From assembly GCA_018333655.1 (NCBI GenBank), contig JAGXTJ010000034.1, positions 12,716 through 76,715 on the forward strand: 64,000 nt of DNA. The letters run 5' to 3'. The translations under genes were made by a program, and so were the position numbers. Source of the DNA: Bacillota bacterium (GTDB lineage: Bacteria > Bacillota > UBA994). The number at the start of each line of letters is the position of its first letter. Positions within the stretch are counted from its first letter, which is position 1. The notes under the pieces were generated by a model. It had not been told where the DNA came from and did no database searches. It saw only the letters and a program-made list of their open reading frames with translations. Positions 8,644-17,560 of the stretch are shown here, piece after piece.

Positions 8644-9460
8644 ACTGCCCGAAGTTGAAACTATACGCCGTAGTTTGTTGCCACATCTTGTGGGCTTGCC
8701 TATCTTGGGGTGCGAGATTTACCTCCCCAAGTTGCTACAAAATCTCAGTGCAGAAGAGTTTAGCCAAAGCATTAGAGGTCGCCATGTAGAAGACATCTTA
8801 AGGCGTGGCAAGTACCTTGTGCTCAGGCTCTCAGGTGGATATACGCTGGTGGTTCATTTGCGCATGACCGGGCAGTTGCGGTTTGTTCACGAAGATGCGC
8901 CGTGCCCGCCACATACGCATATTGTGCTTAAGTTTGCGGCAGGAATGGTGCTGCGTTACACTGACATTCGTCAGTTTGGTTACTGGTTTTTGGCCCCGGA
9001 TAGCGGAATCGAGCAGGTGGCACGCCTAGAGCGGCTCGGTGTAGAGCCGCTAGCTCTAGATTTTACTGTTGGGCATCTCGAGGCGCTATTGCGCGGTCGT
9101 AGGGGTAAGATTAAGGCAGTGCTGCTTGACCAAGCGCGAATAGCGGGAGTAGGTAACATTTATGCCGACGAAGCCCTGTTTGGGGCTGGTCTGCACCCTG
9201 CGCGTGCTGCCGGTAGCCTTGCCCCGGAGGAAATTGCGCGTTTGCATAGGCACTTGCAGGAGGTGCTGAATCAAGGTATTCTTATGCGTGGCACTACTCT
9301 GCGCGACTATGTCGATGGCTCTGGCGAGAGTGGCGGTTTTCAGCATAAACTAAAAGTATATGGGCAGAAGGGCCAGCCTTGCTCAAAATGTCAGACGCCA
9401 ATTGCACGCTTGGTCATCGCAGGTAGGGGCACGCATCTCTGCCCCAACTGTCAGGTATAG
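8636..9460 (+). CDS. mutM: Formamidopyrimidine-DNA glycosylase
   Basis: Starts MPELPEVETIRRSL. C-terminal zinc finger CSKCQTPIARLVIAGRGTHLCPNCQ. 8-nt overlap with polA. Confidence 0.9.
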   Translation: MPELPEVETIRRSLLPHLVGLPILGCEIYLPKLLQNLSAEEFSQSIRGRHVEDILRRGKYLVLRLSGGYTLVVHLRMTGQLRFVHEDAPCPPHTHIVLKFAAGMVLRYTDIRQFGYWFLAPDSGIEQVARLERLGVEPLALDFTVGHLEALLRGRRGKIKAVLLDQARIAGVGNIYADEALFGAGLHPARAAGSLAPEEIARLHRHLQEVLNQGILMRGTTLRDYVDGSGESGGFQHKLKVYGQKGQPCSKCQTPIARLVIAGRGTHLCPNCQV

Positions 9461-9484
9461 GGCAACGAGAAGGGGAGAGAGGGC

Positions 9485-10087
9485 ATGGCAGTTCTTATTG
9501 GCATAACCGGGGGTATCGGTACAGGCAAGTCGACGGTGGCGGGTATGTTAGCCGCACTTAAAGTCCCCATCGTAGACGCCGACAAAGTCGCGGCTGAATT
9601 AATGCAGCCCGGTGAGGACGTATATAACGAAGTAGTGACTCACTTTGGGCGTACCATACTGCGACCAAATGGCATGATTGACAGGGCGAAGCTAGGAGCC
9701 CTTGTTTTTGCCGACGGCGAGAAGCGGCGCTTACTCGAGAGCCTGTCTCATGGCAGGATATGGTCTGAAATGATGGAAATATTTCGCTCGCTAGAAGTCG
9801 TGGGGCATTGCGCAGTAGCTTTTGAAGTGCCCCTCTTATTTGAGGCAAAATTAAACCAACTTGTAGATGAAGTATGGGTGGTTGTGTGCACGCATGAGAC
9901 CCAGCTCCAGCGTGTTATGGCGCGCGACCTCTCGGAAGAAGAAGCCCTGGTGCGCATGGCGACGCAGATGCCGCTAGCTGAGAAAATAGAACTTGCCCAC
10001 AGGGTGATATACACCGAGGGTAGCCTTGGGGACACTAAGATGCAAGTGGAGCGCTACTACATGAGCATTTGCGGAGGCGAAAACTAA
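9485..10087 (+). CDS. coaE: Dephospho-CoA kinase
   Basis: P-loop IGITGGIGTGKST and typical CoaE layout. Follows polA-mutM as in Bacillus. Confidence 0.85.
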   Translation: MAVLIGITGGIGTGKSTVAGMLAALKVPIVDADKVAAELMQPGEDVYNEVVTHFGRTILRPNGMIDRAKLGALVFADGEKRRLLESLSHGRIWSEMMEIFRSLEVVGHCAVAFEVPLLFEAKLNQLVDEVWVVVCTHETQLQRVMARDLSEEEALVRMATQMPLAEKIELAHRVIYTEGSLGDTKMQVERYYMSICGGEN

Positions 10088-10650
10088 GCGTGCGTCGGTA
10101 TGCCTTGTTGCTGACATTGGTCGCAGTCATGGTAGTTATGGCAGTACTCATCGCCCCGTCCCTGTGGCGCATTATCTACCCTTGGCCTTATCGAGACATA
10201 GTTCTGCGTTATGCCGAGCTACATGGCTTAGATCCCTTTCTAGTCGCGGCGGTCATACGGGTAGAGAGTAGCTTTAGAAGCAAGGCTGTATCGCCCAAAG
10301 GTGCGCGAGGGTTGATGCAAATTATTCCTACCACGGGGCAATGGATTGCCAGCCAAGTAGAGGTGCCAGATTACAGTGAAGATAGGCTCGACAACCCCGA
10401 GACTAACATTATGATGGGCACATGGTACTTAAGAAATCTTAAGGAACAGTTTGACGGCAACCTGGTCGTGGCGCTGGCCGCCTACAATGGAGGCAGAGGT
10501 AATGTCAAAAATTGGCTCAAAGAGGGTGTTTGGAGCGGCCAAGTGGCAGACATTGCGAGCATTCCCTTCTCAGAGACGCGACACTATGTTTGGCGCGTGC
10601 TGCGCATCCAACAAGTTTATCGCGAACTGTATGGCCGTAAAACACAATAA
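10069..10650 (+). CDS. Lytic transglycosylase (SLT domain), membrane anchored
   Basis: SLT catalytic motif AVIRVESSFRSKAVSPKGARGLMQIIPTTG, AYNGG. N-terminal TM helix. Start codon uncertain (TTG 10069 overlaps the coaE end). Confidence 0.75.
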   Translation: MRRRKLSVRRYALLLTLVAVMVVMAVLIAPSLWRIIYPWPYRDIVLRYAELHGLDPFLVAAVIRVESSFRSKAVSPKGARGLMQIIPTTGQWIASQVEVPDYSEDRLDNPETNIMMGTWYLRNLKEQFDGNLVVALAAYNGGRGNVKNWLKEGVWSGQVADIASIPFSETRHYVWRVLRIQQVYRELYGRKTQ

Positions 10651-10702
10651 TCTCCCTTGACACACGGACAGTTTGCTTGTAAGATAAGTATCGGCGGTTG
10701 AA

Positions 10703-10789
10703 GCCGAAGTGGTGGAACTGGCAGACGCGCTGCGTTCAGGGCGCAGTGAGTGAAAGCTCGTGTGGGTTCGAATCCCACCTTCGGCACCA
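10703..10789 (+). tRNA. tRNA-Leu (anticodon CAG), type II with long variable arm, CCA encoded
   Basis: Acceptor GCCGAAG/CTTCGGC. Anticodon stem-loop CTGCG-TTCAGGG-CGCAG. T-arm GGTTCGAATCC. Ends CACCA. Confidence 0.85.
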
Positions 10790-10817
10790 CTTACCTATTT
10801 TCAACGAGACATCAGCT

Positions 10818-10900
10818 GTCCGAGTGGCGGAACTGGCAGACGCGTACGTTTGAGGGGCGTATGGGAGACCATGTGGGTTCAAGTCCCACCTCGGACACCA
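10818..10900 (+). tRNA. tRNA-Leu (anticodon GAG), type II, CCA encoded
   Basis: Acceptor GTCCGAG/CTCGGAC. Anticodon loop TTGAGGG. T-arm GGTTCAAGTCC. Ends CACCA. Confidence 0.8.
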
Positions 10901-10907
10901 CAAAAAA

Positions 10908-10937
10908 CTAACACCAGGTAATACTGGTGTTTTTTTA
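10908..10937 (+). terminator. Rho-independent terminator after the tRNA pair
   Basis: acaccaggtaatactggtgt followed by TTTTTTT. Confidence 0.75.
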
Positions 10938-10968
10938 CTATACAAAGGAAGAAAGAGGCGTTGTGTTA

Positions 10969-11802
10969 ATGAGGCGCATTTTGTTTGCGGCTGTGATTGT
11001 GCTAGCTATACTTTCCCTCCTAGGTTGTCAGTCCCACTCGACTATACCAGCCCTCTTCACGGCACATTTTATTGATGTGGGCCAAGGCGACAGCATTCTC
11101 TTGCAGGCTGGTGCGCAGAACATACTTATCGATGCCGGTGACCGGGCGAGCGGTGCGCGGGTCGTTGCCTACTTGCGAGCCCAGGGCGTCCGCAAGATAG
11201 ACCTCTTAATCGCGACTCATCCACATGCAGATCATATTGGGGGACTAGAAGAAGTGTTTCAGCAAATGCCAGTGGCGCGCATCATCGATTCTGGGCAAGT
11301 ACATACCACGCAAACATTTTTAAACTACCTGAGGACAATTGACGACAAGAACATACCTTTCGAGACACCTGCTGGGCAGATTATCGAGTTGGCAGCCAAT
11401 GTAGAGCTTAGGGTTATTGGTCCGCTCCGAGCTTATGATAACTTGAACGATGGTTCAGTGGTCGTCATGGTTAGGGCAGGGACGGTCAGTCTTTTGCTCA
11501 CCGGCGATATGGAGAGTGACGCGGAGAGGGATCTGTTGCAGGCGGGGGGCTTGTCGGCTACAGTGCTCAAAGTCGGCCACCACGGCAGTAATACTTCGAG
11601 CACCACAGACTTTCTGCAGGCGGTGCGCCCAAGGGTAGCCATCATCTCGGTTGGAGCGGACAATTCGTTCGGCCACCCCTCCCCAGCCGTGCTTGCCCGC
11701 CTCAGGGAGGTAGGCGCTGACATCTACCGCACCGATAGACATGGCACTATAGTCCTCAGGACGGACGGGGAGACTTTTTCTATACGGACAGAGCGAAAAT
11801 AA
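10969..11802 (+). CDS. MBL-fold metallo-hydrolase lipoprotein (ComEC C-terminal-domain-like)
   Basis: Lipobox LSLLGCQS. Metallo-beta-lactamase motifs HFIDVGQGDSILL, LIATHPHADHIGG, KVGHHGS. Confidence 0.7.
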   Translation: MRRILFAAVIVLAILSLLGCQSHSTIPALFTAHFIDVGQGDSILLQAGAQNILIDAGDRASGARVVAYLRAQGVRKIDLLIATHPHADHIGGLEEVFQQMPVARIIDSGQVHTTQTFLNYLRTIDDKNIPFETPAGQIIELAANVELRVIGPLRAYDNLNDGSVVVMVRAGTVSLLLTGDMESDAERDLLQAGGLSATVLKVGHHGSNTSSTTDFLQAVRPRVAIISVGADNSFGHPSPAVLARLREVGADIYRTDRHGTIVLRTDGETFSIRTERK

Positions 11803-11824
11803 CCTAGGGGGTTTTGGCGTGAAG

Positions 11825-12043
11825 ATGATTGCCGTTGTGGATCGCATCGAGTCTCTGCAGGCAGTTCTTCTGCTCGGAGAAGAAGAGGTAAGGGTGTGCC
11901 TACCGTTGACTTGTTTACCGCCAATCAGCGAGGGGTCGGTACTCGACATTGCGATTACGCTCAATAAGTCCCAAGAAGAACAGCGACGATGCGAGGCTAC
12001 CATGCTTATGCAAAAGTTAAAGCGACCGCGCACAGAGACATAA
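11825..12043 (+). CDS. Small DUF3006-like protein, typical partner of MBL/ComEC-like genes
   Basis: IAVVDRIESLQAVLLLGEEEVRVCLPLTCLPPISEGSVLDI resembles DUF3006. Immediately downstream of the MBL gene. Confidence 0.45.
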   Translation: MIAVVDRIESLQAVLLLGEEEVRVCLPLTCLPPISEGSVLDIAITLNKSQEEQRRCEATMLMQKLKRPRTET

Positions 12044-12192
12044 GTCGGGGTGCTTCGCGGTTTGTCGCGCTAAAATGCCTCATTTGTCTGAATTTAGCGA
12101 AATGTTTTTTGTCACTAAAGTAACTCCATGGCAGGAACTCACAATATGGGTGTGGTATTCACCCTAAAAGTTGAGACGTGGAGGCGAGTTAG

Positions 12193-13005
12193 ATGCAAGA
12201 ACAGAGTGTTTACTACTGCGTGGTGCACGGAGATCGAAGGGATATGGCCTTTTCTTCGGACCGTGCCAAGCAAGAAATGGTTAATGCCCTGGCGGAGTGC
12301 AAAGCTTTCTCTAGTATCCATGTGTATGCCTTTGCTTTTTTGGAGTCACAAGTCCACCTCGCACTACAGGGCACAAGTAAGGGCTGTGTTGAGGTGGTCT
12401 CTCGGCTCTGTCCGACACGGGCAGGCGAGGGCCTAGGCGCGCGCTTTGAACGACATGTCTGTCATCCCGATCGGCGGCTTCTCACCCTTGCCGCCTACTT
12501 GCACCAGCTACCCGTGCGCTATGGGCACTGTCAGCACCCTAACTTAGCGCGTTATACCAGTCATTCCGCTTACTTGGGCGGAGAGAAATACCCGTTTGTA
12601 GATAGCGCAGCAATGCTCGCCTTACTTAGCCCCGACCGTAAAGAAGCCATTCGTCTTTATCTTGGCCTTTTGAAGAGAGAGGTAAGTCCCGCGGAGCTAG
12701 AGCAGGTATTTTGCCGCGAAGAGAATTCGCGTTCACATAGTGGCGTGCGGCATGTGCCAGATGTATTAGAGGCAATTGCTACGCATATTGAAGAGGTTAC
12801 GGGAGTGGCCCTAAGCATCATGCGCGGCAAGGGGCGCTCTCCACGCGTGGTCGAGGCGAGGCGTCGCCTGATCGCCAGTGCTGTTCTTGAGCATTCTGTC
12901 CCAGTCTCCGAAGTCGCGAAGTACTTGCATGTTCATCACTCCTATGTTTCGCGGCTGACCTTCTCACATTGTGACAGTGTGGGTAACGAAAGGCCTATCG
13001 CCTAA
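12193..13005 (+). CDS. IS200/IS605-family Y1 (HuH) transposase-like protein of the REP-associated (RayT-like) type, with C-terminal DnaA-domain-IV-like HTH
   Basis: SVYYCVVHGDRRDMAF, VYAFAFLESQVHLALQG (HuH motif), AAYLHQLPVRYGHCQHPNLARYTSHSAYLG (the RayT YI-x-NPV-like region). C-terminal LIASAVLEHSVPVSEVAKYLHVHHSYVSRL resembles DnaA C-terminal HTH. No TnpB/second ORF and no IS ends. The matching palindromes at 4934 and 16926 flank the region. Confidence 0.6.
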   Translation: MQEQSVYYCVVHGDRRDMAFSSDRAKQEMVNALAECKAFSSIHVYAFAFLESQVHLALQGTSKGCVEVVSRLCPTRAGEGLGARFERHVCHPDRRLLTLAAYLHQLPVRYGHCQHPNLARYTSHSAYLGGEKYPFVDSAAMLALLSPDRKEAIRLYLGLLKREVSPAELEQVFCREENSRSHSGVRHVPDVLEAIATHIEEVTGVALSIMRGKGRSPRVVEARRRLIASAVLEHSVPVSEVAKYLHVHHSYVSRLTFSHCDSVGNERPIA

Positions 13006-13071
13006 TTGCCTCTAGTGTGGGCATCTCTGCATAGTCTCCCAGTCTTTAGAGAAAAATACCCCTGAGGTCAG

Positions 13072-14631
13072 GTGAGGTCTGTGCGGAAGAAAGTAAGAGC
13101 ATTGCGAAAACCACTACCGGTCAAGGAATTTGCCAAGACTCCCACCGCGGAGGGCTGCTTCAGCGGCCATCTGGCTCATGATTGCGCCGGGTTAAAGGCC
13201 ATTTTGGCCAGCTCTGCCGATCTTAGAGAGCGCTTGTTAACCACCAGTAAAGGCACTCAGGGCGCGGTGCTCTACTTTGCCAATGTGGTCAATCTGCCCT
13301 TTGTCAGCGAATCCATCGTCGGGCCTCTGCAGAGACATGGGGGACGCTCTGACATGGAGTACATAGCGCAGCAGATTGTGCATGTGCCGGAATACAGTCT
13401 TGAGAGCGATCTGCAAAAAGTAGCCTGCGCTTTGTCCGATGGTGCTGTGGCCGTGCTCTTGGCGGGCGAAACATGTGTGCTACTAGTGCCGCTCTTTGCC
13501 ATGGAACACAGGCCGATTGAGCGAGCCATTCAAGAGGATATATTGATAGGCCCACACGAAAGCTTCTGCGAGAGTTTAGGCAGCAACATAGCCTTGCTGC
13601 GGCGCAGGATAGCGACTCCAGATTTTAAAGTAAAGGAACTGACTATTGGTCGTCGCTCGCGCACCACGGTGGCCATTTTGTACTTAGAACGCATTGCAGC
13701 AGCCAAGTTAGTCGACGAAATGGACGAGCGGCTACGGAGCATCGACATCGACTTTGCCTTAGGTATCACCTACTTAGCCGATTTTCTAGAGGACGACCCG
13801 AGGTCTGTCTTCCCTACTCTAAGGTCGACAGAAATCCCCGTCAGGGTAATGGCCGCACTAATGGAAGGGCGCGTCGCGGTCATGGCGGAGGGCGATAGTA
13901 GCGCGCTCATTGCGCCGACCTTTGCTCCAGAGTTCTTGCAGGCCTCCGAAGACTACTTTGACCGACCGATGTCGGGCACGTTTTTTCGCCTTATTAGGCT
14001 GGTGGGTCTGCTCCTCTCGGTTTTTCTCCCTGGCATGTGGATAGCGCTGGTGGCCTTTCACCATGGCATAATTCCGACTCCTCTATTTGACTCTATTGTC
14101 GCGGGCAGAGAGGGTGTCCCCCTGCCCACGGTACTTGAAATATTCGTGCTTATACTGGCCTTTGACCTGATCGTGGAATCGAGCACCAGGATGCCCACCC
14201 GCATTGGCCAGGCGCTTGGTATTGTCGGAGGCATAATTTTAGGGCAGGCGGCGGTGCAGGCGGGCTTAGTGAGCCCGGCCATGGTGATTGTCGCCGCCCT
14301 CACCGGGTTATCAATCTTCACGCAACCCTCTGTCACTTTTCTTTCACCACTACGTTTTCTCAAGTACCCCGTGCTTATCGCTGGTAGCATTTTAGGGGTA
14401 TTCGGTGTAGTCTGGGCACTAATCTATATTTTGATTGCTGTAACATCCTTGCGCTCCTTTGGTTATCCCTACATGTACCCCATAGCGCCCTTTAATTTGC
14501 GGGGGGCGATAGATGTTTTTGTCAGAGTGCCAAAGTTCATGCATCAAAAGCGGCCGTCAATACTGGCCTCGCCGGAGGAGATGCGCATGGACACCCCACT
14601 GCCCCGCCCCACACGCAGGAAAAAGCCATGA
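13072..14631 (+). CDS. Spore germination protein, GerA/KA family (A subunit)
   Basis: 519 aa. Soluble N-domain plus C-terminal 5-6 TM helices. Characteristic GerAA-like segments (VAILYLERIAAAKLVDEMDERL, FPTLRSTE, GRVAVMAEGDSSALIAPT). Confidence 0.85.
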   Translation: MRSVRKKVRALRKPLPVKEFAKTPTAEGCFSGHLAHDCAGLKAILASSADLRERLLTTSKGTQGAVLYFANVVNLPFVSESIVGPLQRHGGRSDMEYIAQQIVHVPEYSLESDLQKVACALSDGAVAVLLAGETCVLLVPLFAMEHRPIERAIQEDILIGPHESFCESLGSNIALLRRRIATPDFKVKELTIGRRSRTTVAILYLERIAAAKLVDEMDERLRSIDIDFALGITYLADFLEDDPRSVFPTLRSTEIPVRVMAALMEGRVAVMAEGDSSALIAPTFAPEFLQASEDYFDRPMSGTFFRLIRLVGLLLSVFLPGMWIALVAFHHGIIPTPLFDSIVAGREGVPLPTVLEIFVLILAFDLIVESSTRMPTRIGQALGIVGGIILGQAAVQAGLVSPAMVIVAALTGLSIFTQPSVTFLSPLRFLKYPVLIAGSILGVFGVVWALIYILIAVTSLRSFGYPYMYPIAPFNLRGAIDVFVRVPKFMHQKRPSILASPEEMRMDTPLPRPTRRKKP

Positions 14632-15710
14632 CCAAAATCAGCATAGGTCTGTCGCAGGGCTTCTTAATGATTGTGACGGTGACTGTGGGCACGGTTTTCT
14701 TCCCGGTGGCGGGTGTAGTTGTGCCGTTAGCCGGGGCTTCGGGCTGGATAGCGGTACTTCTCGCCTTTGCCGTGGCTTTGCCATGGTGTGCCATGGCCGC
14801 TTATCTCGCCCGCCACGGGCCGCCCGGCAACTGGGGAGGAGCCGTGTTGTCGTGGCTTGGGCCCGTGGTGGGGCGCATATTCTTGCTTTACTTTGCTTTT
14901 GTCTGGCTGTGGCTCGGTGGGTTACTGCTCGGGCAAACTGGTTTTGTTTTTCACGATATGGCTATGCCGCGCACACCGCCCGATGTCTTGAATTTTGCGT
15001 TACTGCTGCTGGTCGTGTTGGTGGACTACAAGGGGCTCGAGGTATTTGTGCGGACCATCGAAGCCTTGACGTGGCTAAGCATCATAGGTCTTTTGGGCTT
15101 TGTCGTCGGAGTGGTGCCGCTGACAGAGTTAGATAACTTGCTGCCGGTAATCGATGCCGCCCCCGCGCTCATTGCCCATGCCGCTCTGTTTTGCCTACCC
15201 TGGGCTATGGAAGGGGTGTTATTTGCTCTTTTCATGGGTGTGTTTCTGCGGCAGCGGTCAGGCCTGGGGGGGCTGTTTAGCCTTGCGGTCGGGGGGGCGG
15301 GAGTCTTACTGGCACTGATGACCGTGTTTACGCTCGGAGTACTGGGGAGGGGAGTCACAACTAGTTATCTCTACCCCACAGCCATACTGGCGCAAACCTC
15401 GCGTCCGGGCTTTTTCCTCGAGGGCATGGAGTTGTTTCTTTATCCGCTGTGGATTGTGGCGTCATTTGTGAAAATAGGGGCGGCGTTTACCATGGTTTCC
15501 CTGAGCCTAGCAGGAGTATGGTCGGGTTTTAGGCAGCCCTATCGTAGTTTGTTGCTTGGGGTGGTCTTCTTTATTATTGCCACGACACCCTCGCATATCT
15601 TTGCGCTTGTAGCCTCGATTTCTCGCGTCGACAATTCCTTCATAATGTCTTTTTATCTTATTCTGCCGTTACTCGCCTTGTGGGTGCGACTTAGGCGGCA
15701 CGAGGAGTGA
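14628..15710 (+). CDS. Spore germination protein, GerAB family (APC-type permease, B subunit)
   Basis: 360 aa, about 10 TM helices. Start MTKISIGLSQGFLMIV typical of GerAB. 4-nt overlap with the A subunit. Confidence 0.8.
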   Translation: MTKISIGLSQGFLMIVTVTVGTVFFPVAGVVVPLAGASGWIAVLLAFAVALPWCAMAAYLARHGPPGNWGGAVLSWLGPVVGRIFLLYFAFVWLWLGGLLLGQTGFVFHDMAMPRTPPDVLNFALLLLVVLVDYKGLEVFVRTIEALTWLSIIGLLGFVVGVVPLTELDNLLPVIDAAPALIAHAALFCLPWAMEGVLFALFMGVFLRQRSGLGGLFSLAVGGAGVLLALMTVFTLGVLGRGVTTSYLYPTAILAQTSRPGFFLEGMELFLYPLWIVASFVKIGAAFTMVSLSLAGVWSGFRQPYRSLLLGVVFFIIATTPSHIFALVASISRVDNSFIMSFYLILPLLALWVRLRRHEE

Positions 15711-15714
15711 GACA

Positions 15715-16917
15715 GTGAAAAGAGCCAAAATGCTACTTGTCGTCATTTTAAGCTTGCTCCTCGTTGGGTGCTGGGACCAGCAAGAGATTACCGCCCTCGC
15801 CTCCATTTCAGGATTAGGCTTTGATGTGGGCAGCTACGCCCACACCATGCGTATTTCGGTGTTAACATCACCGCCCCAACCATTCGGGGGTGGAGGTGGG
15901 GGGGGTGGTAGCAGACTGCGTGTTATCACCGTAGAAGCGGCATCCTTTACTGAGGGTATAACATTGCTGCAAGGACATTTGCGCCGCGAGCCGTTTTTTC
16001 TGCATCTCGGCTTTGTTGTCTTTGGCGAGGAGCTAGCTAAGAGCGGGCTCGATGGGGTGCTATCCGCCCTGCAGGGGCGTACGACGATTCGTGGCTCTGT
16101 GCCCGTCTTTGTGGCTCAGCAGACGGCAGAGGAGACGCTTAAGGCTCGCTCGGGGGGTGGGCATGCTCCCGGCGAAGATGTTGCTGATCTACGTGATAAT
16201 TTTGCTACGGCCCCACTAGGTCGCCACGTTAGTATTCACGAGGTGCGTAACACTTTGCTCGCACTGGGTAGTGAGCTAACCTTGCCCATCTTGGAGCTTG
16301 CTCCACTACGACTACAGGCTGGCGACGAAACTCCTGCGACTGGGGTCGGGGTCGCTGGCGAACAACTGCACGAGGTGTTTGTGCGGCGGATGGCTGTGTT
16401 TAGCCGCGACAGATGGGTGGCGGACTTAGATCAGTACTTAGTGCAGACCTTTGTCATGCTTAAGGGGGATACTAGAGTCGGCAGCGCTACCATTGTCGAC
16501 CCCGCCGATCCCACCAGTCATATGGGGCTTACTATTGTGAACTTCTCCGCGCGGTTTGATATCAAGAGTGGCGAAGAAACCGTCGAAATTACCATTTCGC
16601 CTCGCGTGCGGGCGGTAGTGCGCGAGGTTACAGGTACCTACAGCCTGCGAGATAGGGGGTTTGCGCCCATCGCCATGAACTTAGAGCAGGACATAGATCG
16701 CCAGGTACAGCAGGTGGTGGCCTTCTTGCAGGAAAACCAAGCCGATGCCTTAGGGTTTGGTCATATGCTGCGCCGTAGTAATCCCGCGGCGTGGTCTAAG
16801 CTAGAAGATCGTTGGAGCGAGGTTTTTCCGGCGGTGACTGTGCGCGTGAACACCGAGGTGAAAATAGAGGGCACGGCCATGGTGGCCAGATTCTTCGAAG
16901 TTAAGCGTGAGGACTAA
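15715..16917 (+). CDS. Spore germination lipoprotein, GerAC family (C subunit)
   Basis: Lipobox LLLVGCWD. Ger(x)C-like body. Contains a poly-Gly run (GGGGGGGGS). Confidence 0.8.
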   Translation: MKRAKMLLVVILSLLLVGCWDQQEITALASISGLGFDVGSYAHTMRISVLTSPPQPFGGGGGGGGSRLRVITVEAASFTEGITLLQGHLRREPFFLHLGFVVFGEELAKSGLDGVLSALQGRTTIRGSVPVFVAQQTAEETLKARSGGGHAPGEDVADLRDNFATAPLGRHVSIHEVRNTLLALGSELTLPILELAPLRLQAGDETPATGVGVAGEQLHEVFVRRMAVFSRDRWVADLDQYLVQTFVMLKGDTRVGSATIVDPADPTSHMGLTIVNFSARFDIKSGEETVEITISPRVRAVVREVTGTYSLRDRGFAPIAMNLEQDIDRQVQQVVAFLQENQADALGFGHMLRRSNPAAWSKLEDRWSEVFPAVTVRVNTEVKIEGTAMVARFFEVKRED

Positions 16918-16925
16918 TGCACTTT

Positions 16926-16988
16926 GCGACAGCGGGGACGGTTCTTTTTGTCGGTATTTGCGACAAAAAGAACCGTCCCCGCTGTCGC
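16926..16988. repeat. REP-like perfect palindrome, copy 2: 28-bp stem, 7-nt loop
   Basis: gcgacagcggggacggttctttttgtcg-gtatttg-cgacaaaaagaaccgtccccgctgtcgc. Stem identical to copy 1 (4934-4995); the loop differs by 1 nt. Starts 9 nt after the gerAC stop. Confidence 0.85.
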
Positions 16989-17038
16989 TGATCTCTTGGA
17001 CATAAACAAAGACCCCGCCGGATATACTCCCATGGGGG

Positions 17039-17560
17039 GTGTATATTTTGCGGGGTAAGTTGTTTTTCGCATTAGTCGCAGTAGTTGCGGCATTGCTTGG
17101 TGTTTGGACAGTCTATCAGAGCTATATTGATTCGTCTCCACTAGGGACAGATGGTAGAGAAGTAAGACTCTACTTTTCTAACCGCGAGGGCACGCAAGTC
17201 GTGGGCGAAAACAGGGCGCTGGCAGGGACAATTACGGCGGAGAAGATTGTTCGCGAGCTTATCAAAGGACCAGAGGCCCCTCACCTCTACCCGACTTTGC
17301 CGCCTAGCACGAGGCTCCTGAGTTTGCTTGTCCAAGGGCGAATTGCCTATGTAGACTTCTCGCGCGAGGTCCAAGACAATTTTCTGGGCGGCACGGCGGC
17401 TGAGTTGATGCTCGTGTACTCGGTGATTGCCTCCCTCACTGAAATGCCAGATATCGCGTCAGTGCAATTTCTCTTAGAGGGTCAAGTTAAAGAGAGTATT
17501 TGGGGGCATATCGACACTAGTGTCCCTCTGACACCAGACGCGCAGTTTATAGCCAGATAA
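17039..17560 (+). CDS. GerMN-domain (sporulation/germination) protein, membrane anchored
   Basis: N-terminal TM, then REVRLYFSN...LIKGPEAPHLYPTLPPSTRLLSL...AYVDFSREV...SVQFLLEGQ, typical of GerM-like domains. Confidence 0.55.
   Translation: MYILRGKLFFALVAVVAALLGVWTVYQSYIDSSPLGTDGREVRLYFSNREGTQVVGENRALAGTITAEKIVRELIKGPEAPHLYPTLPPSTRLLSLLVQGRIAYVDFSREVQDNFLGGTAAELMLVYSVIASLTEMPDIASVQFLLEGQVKESIWGHIDTSVPLTPDAQFIAR

Noticed and set aside
14513-15358. Overlapping ORFs (207 aa +, 74 aa +, 110 aa -) inside gerAB, and similar shadow ORFs inside other genes (e.g. 60363-61271 + inside pyk, 62549-63079 + inside chrA, 63287-64000 - inside hbd)
   Set aside because: Alternative-frame or antisense ORFs within well-supported genes. 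Their translations have low-complexity Arg/Pro/Ala-rich composition characteristic of GC-rich out-of-frame reading.
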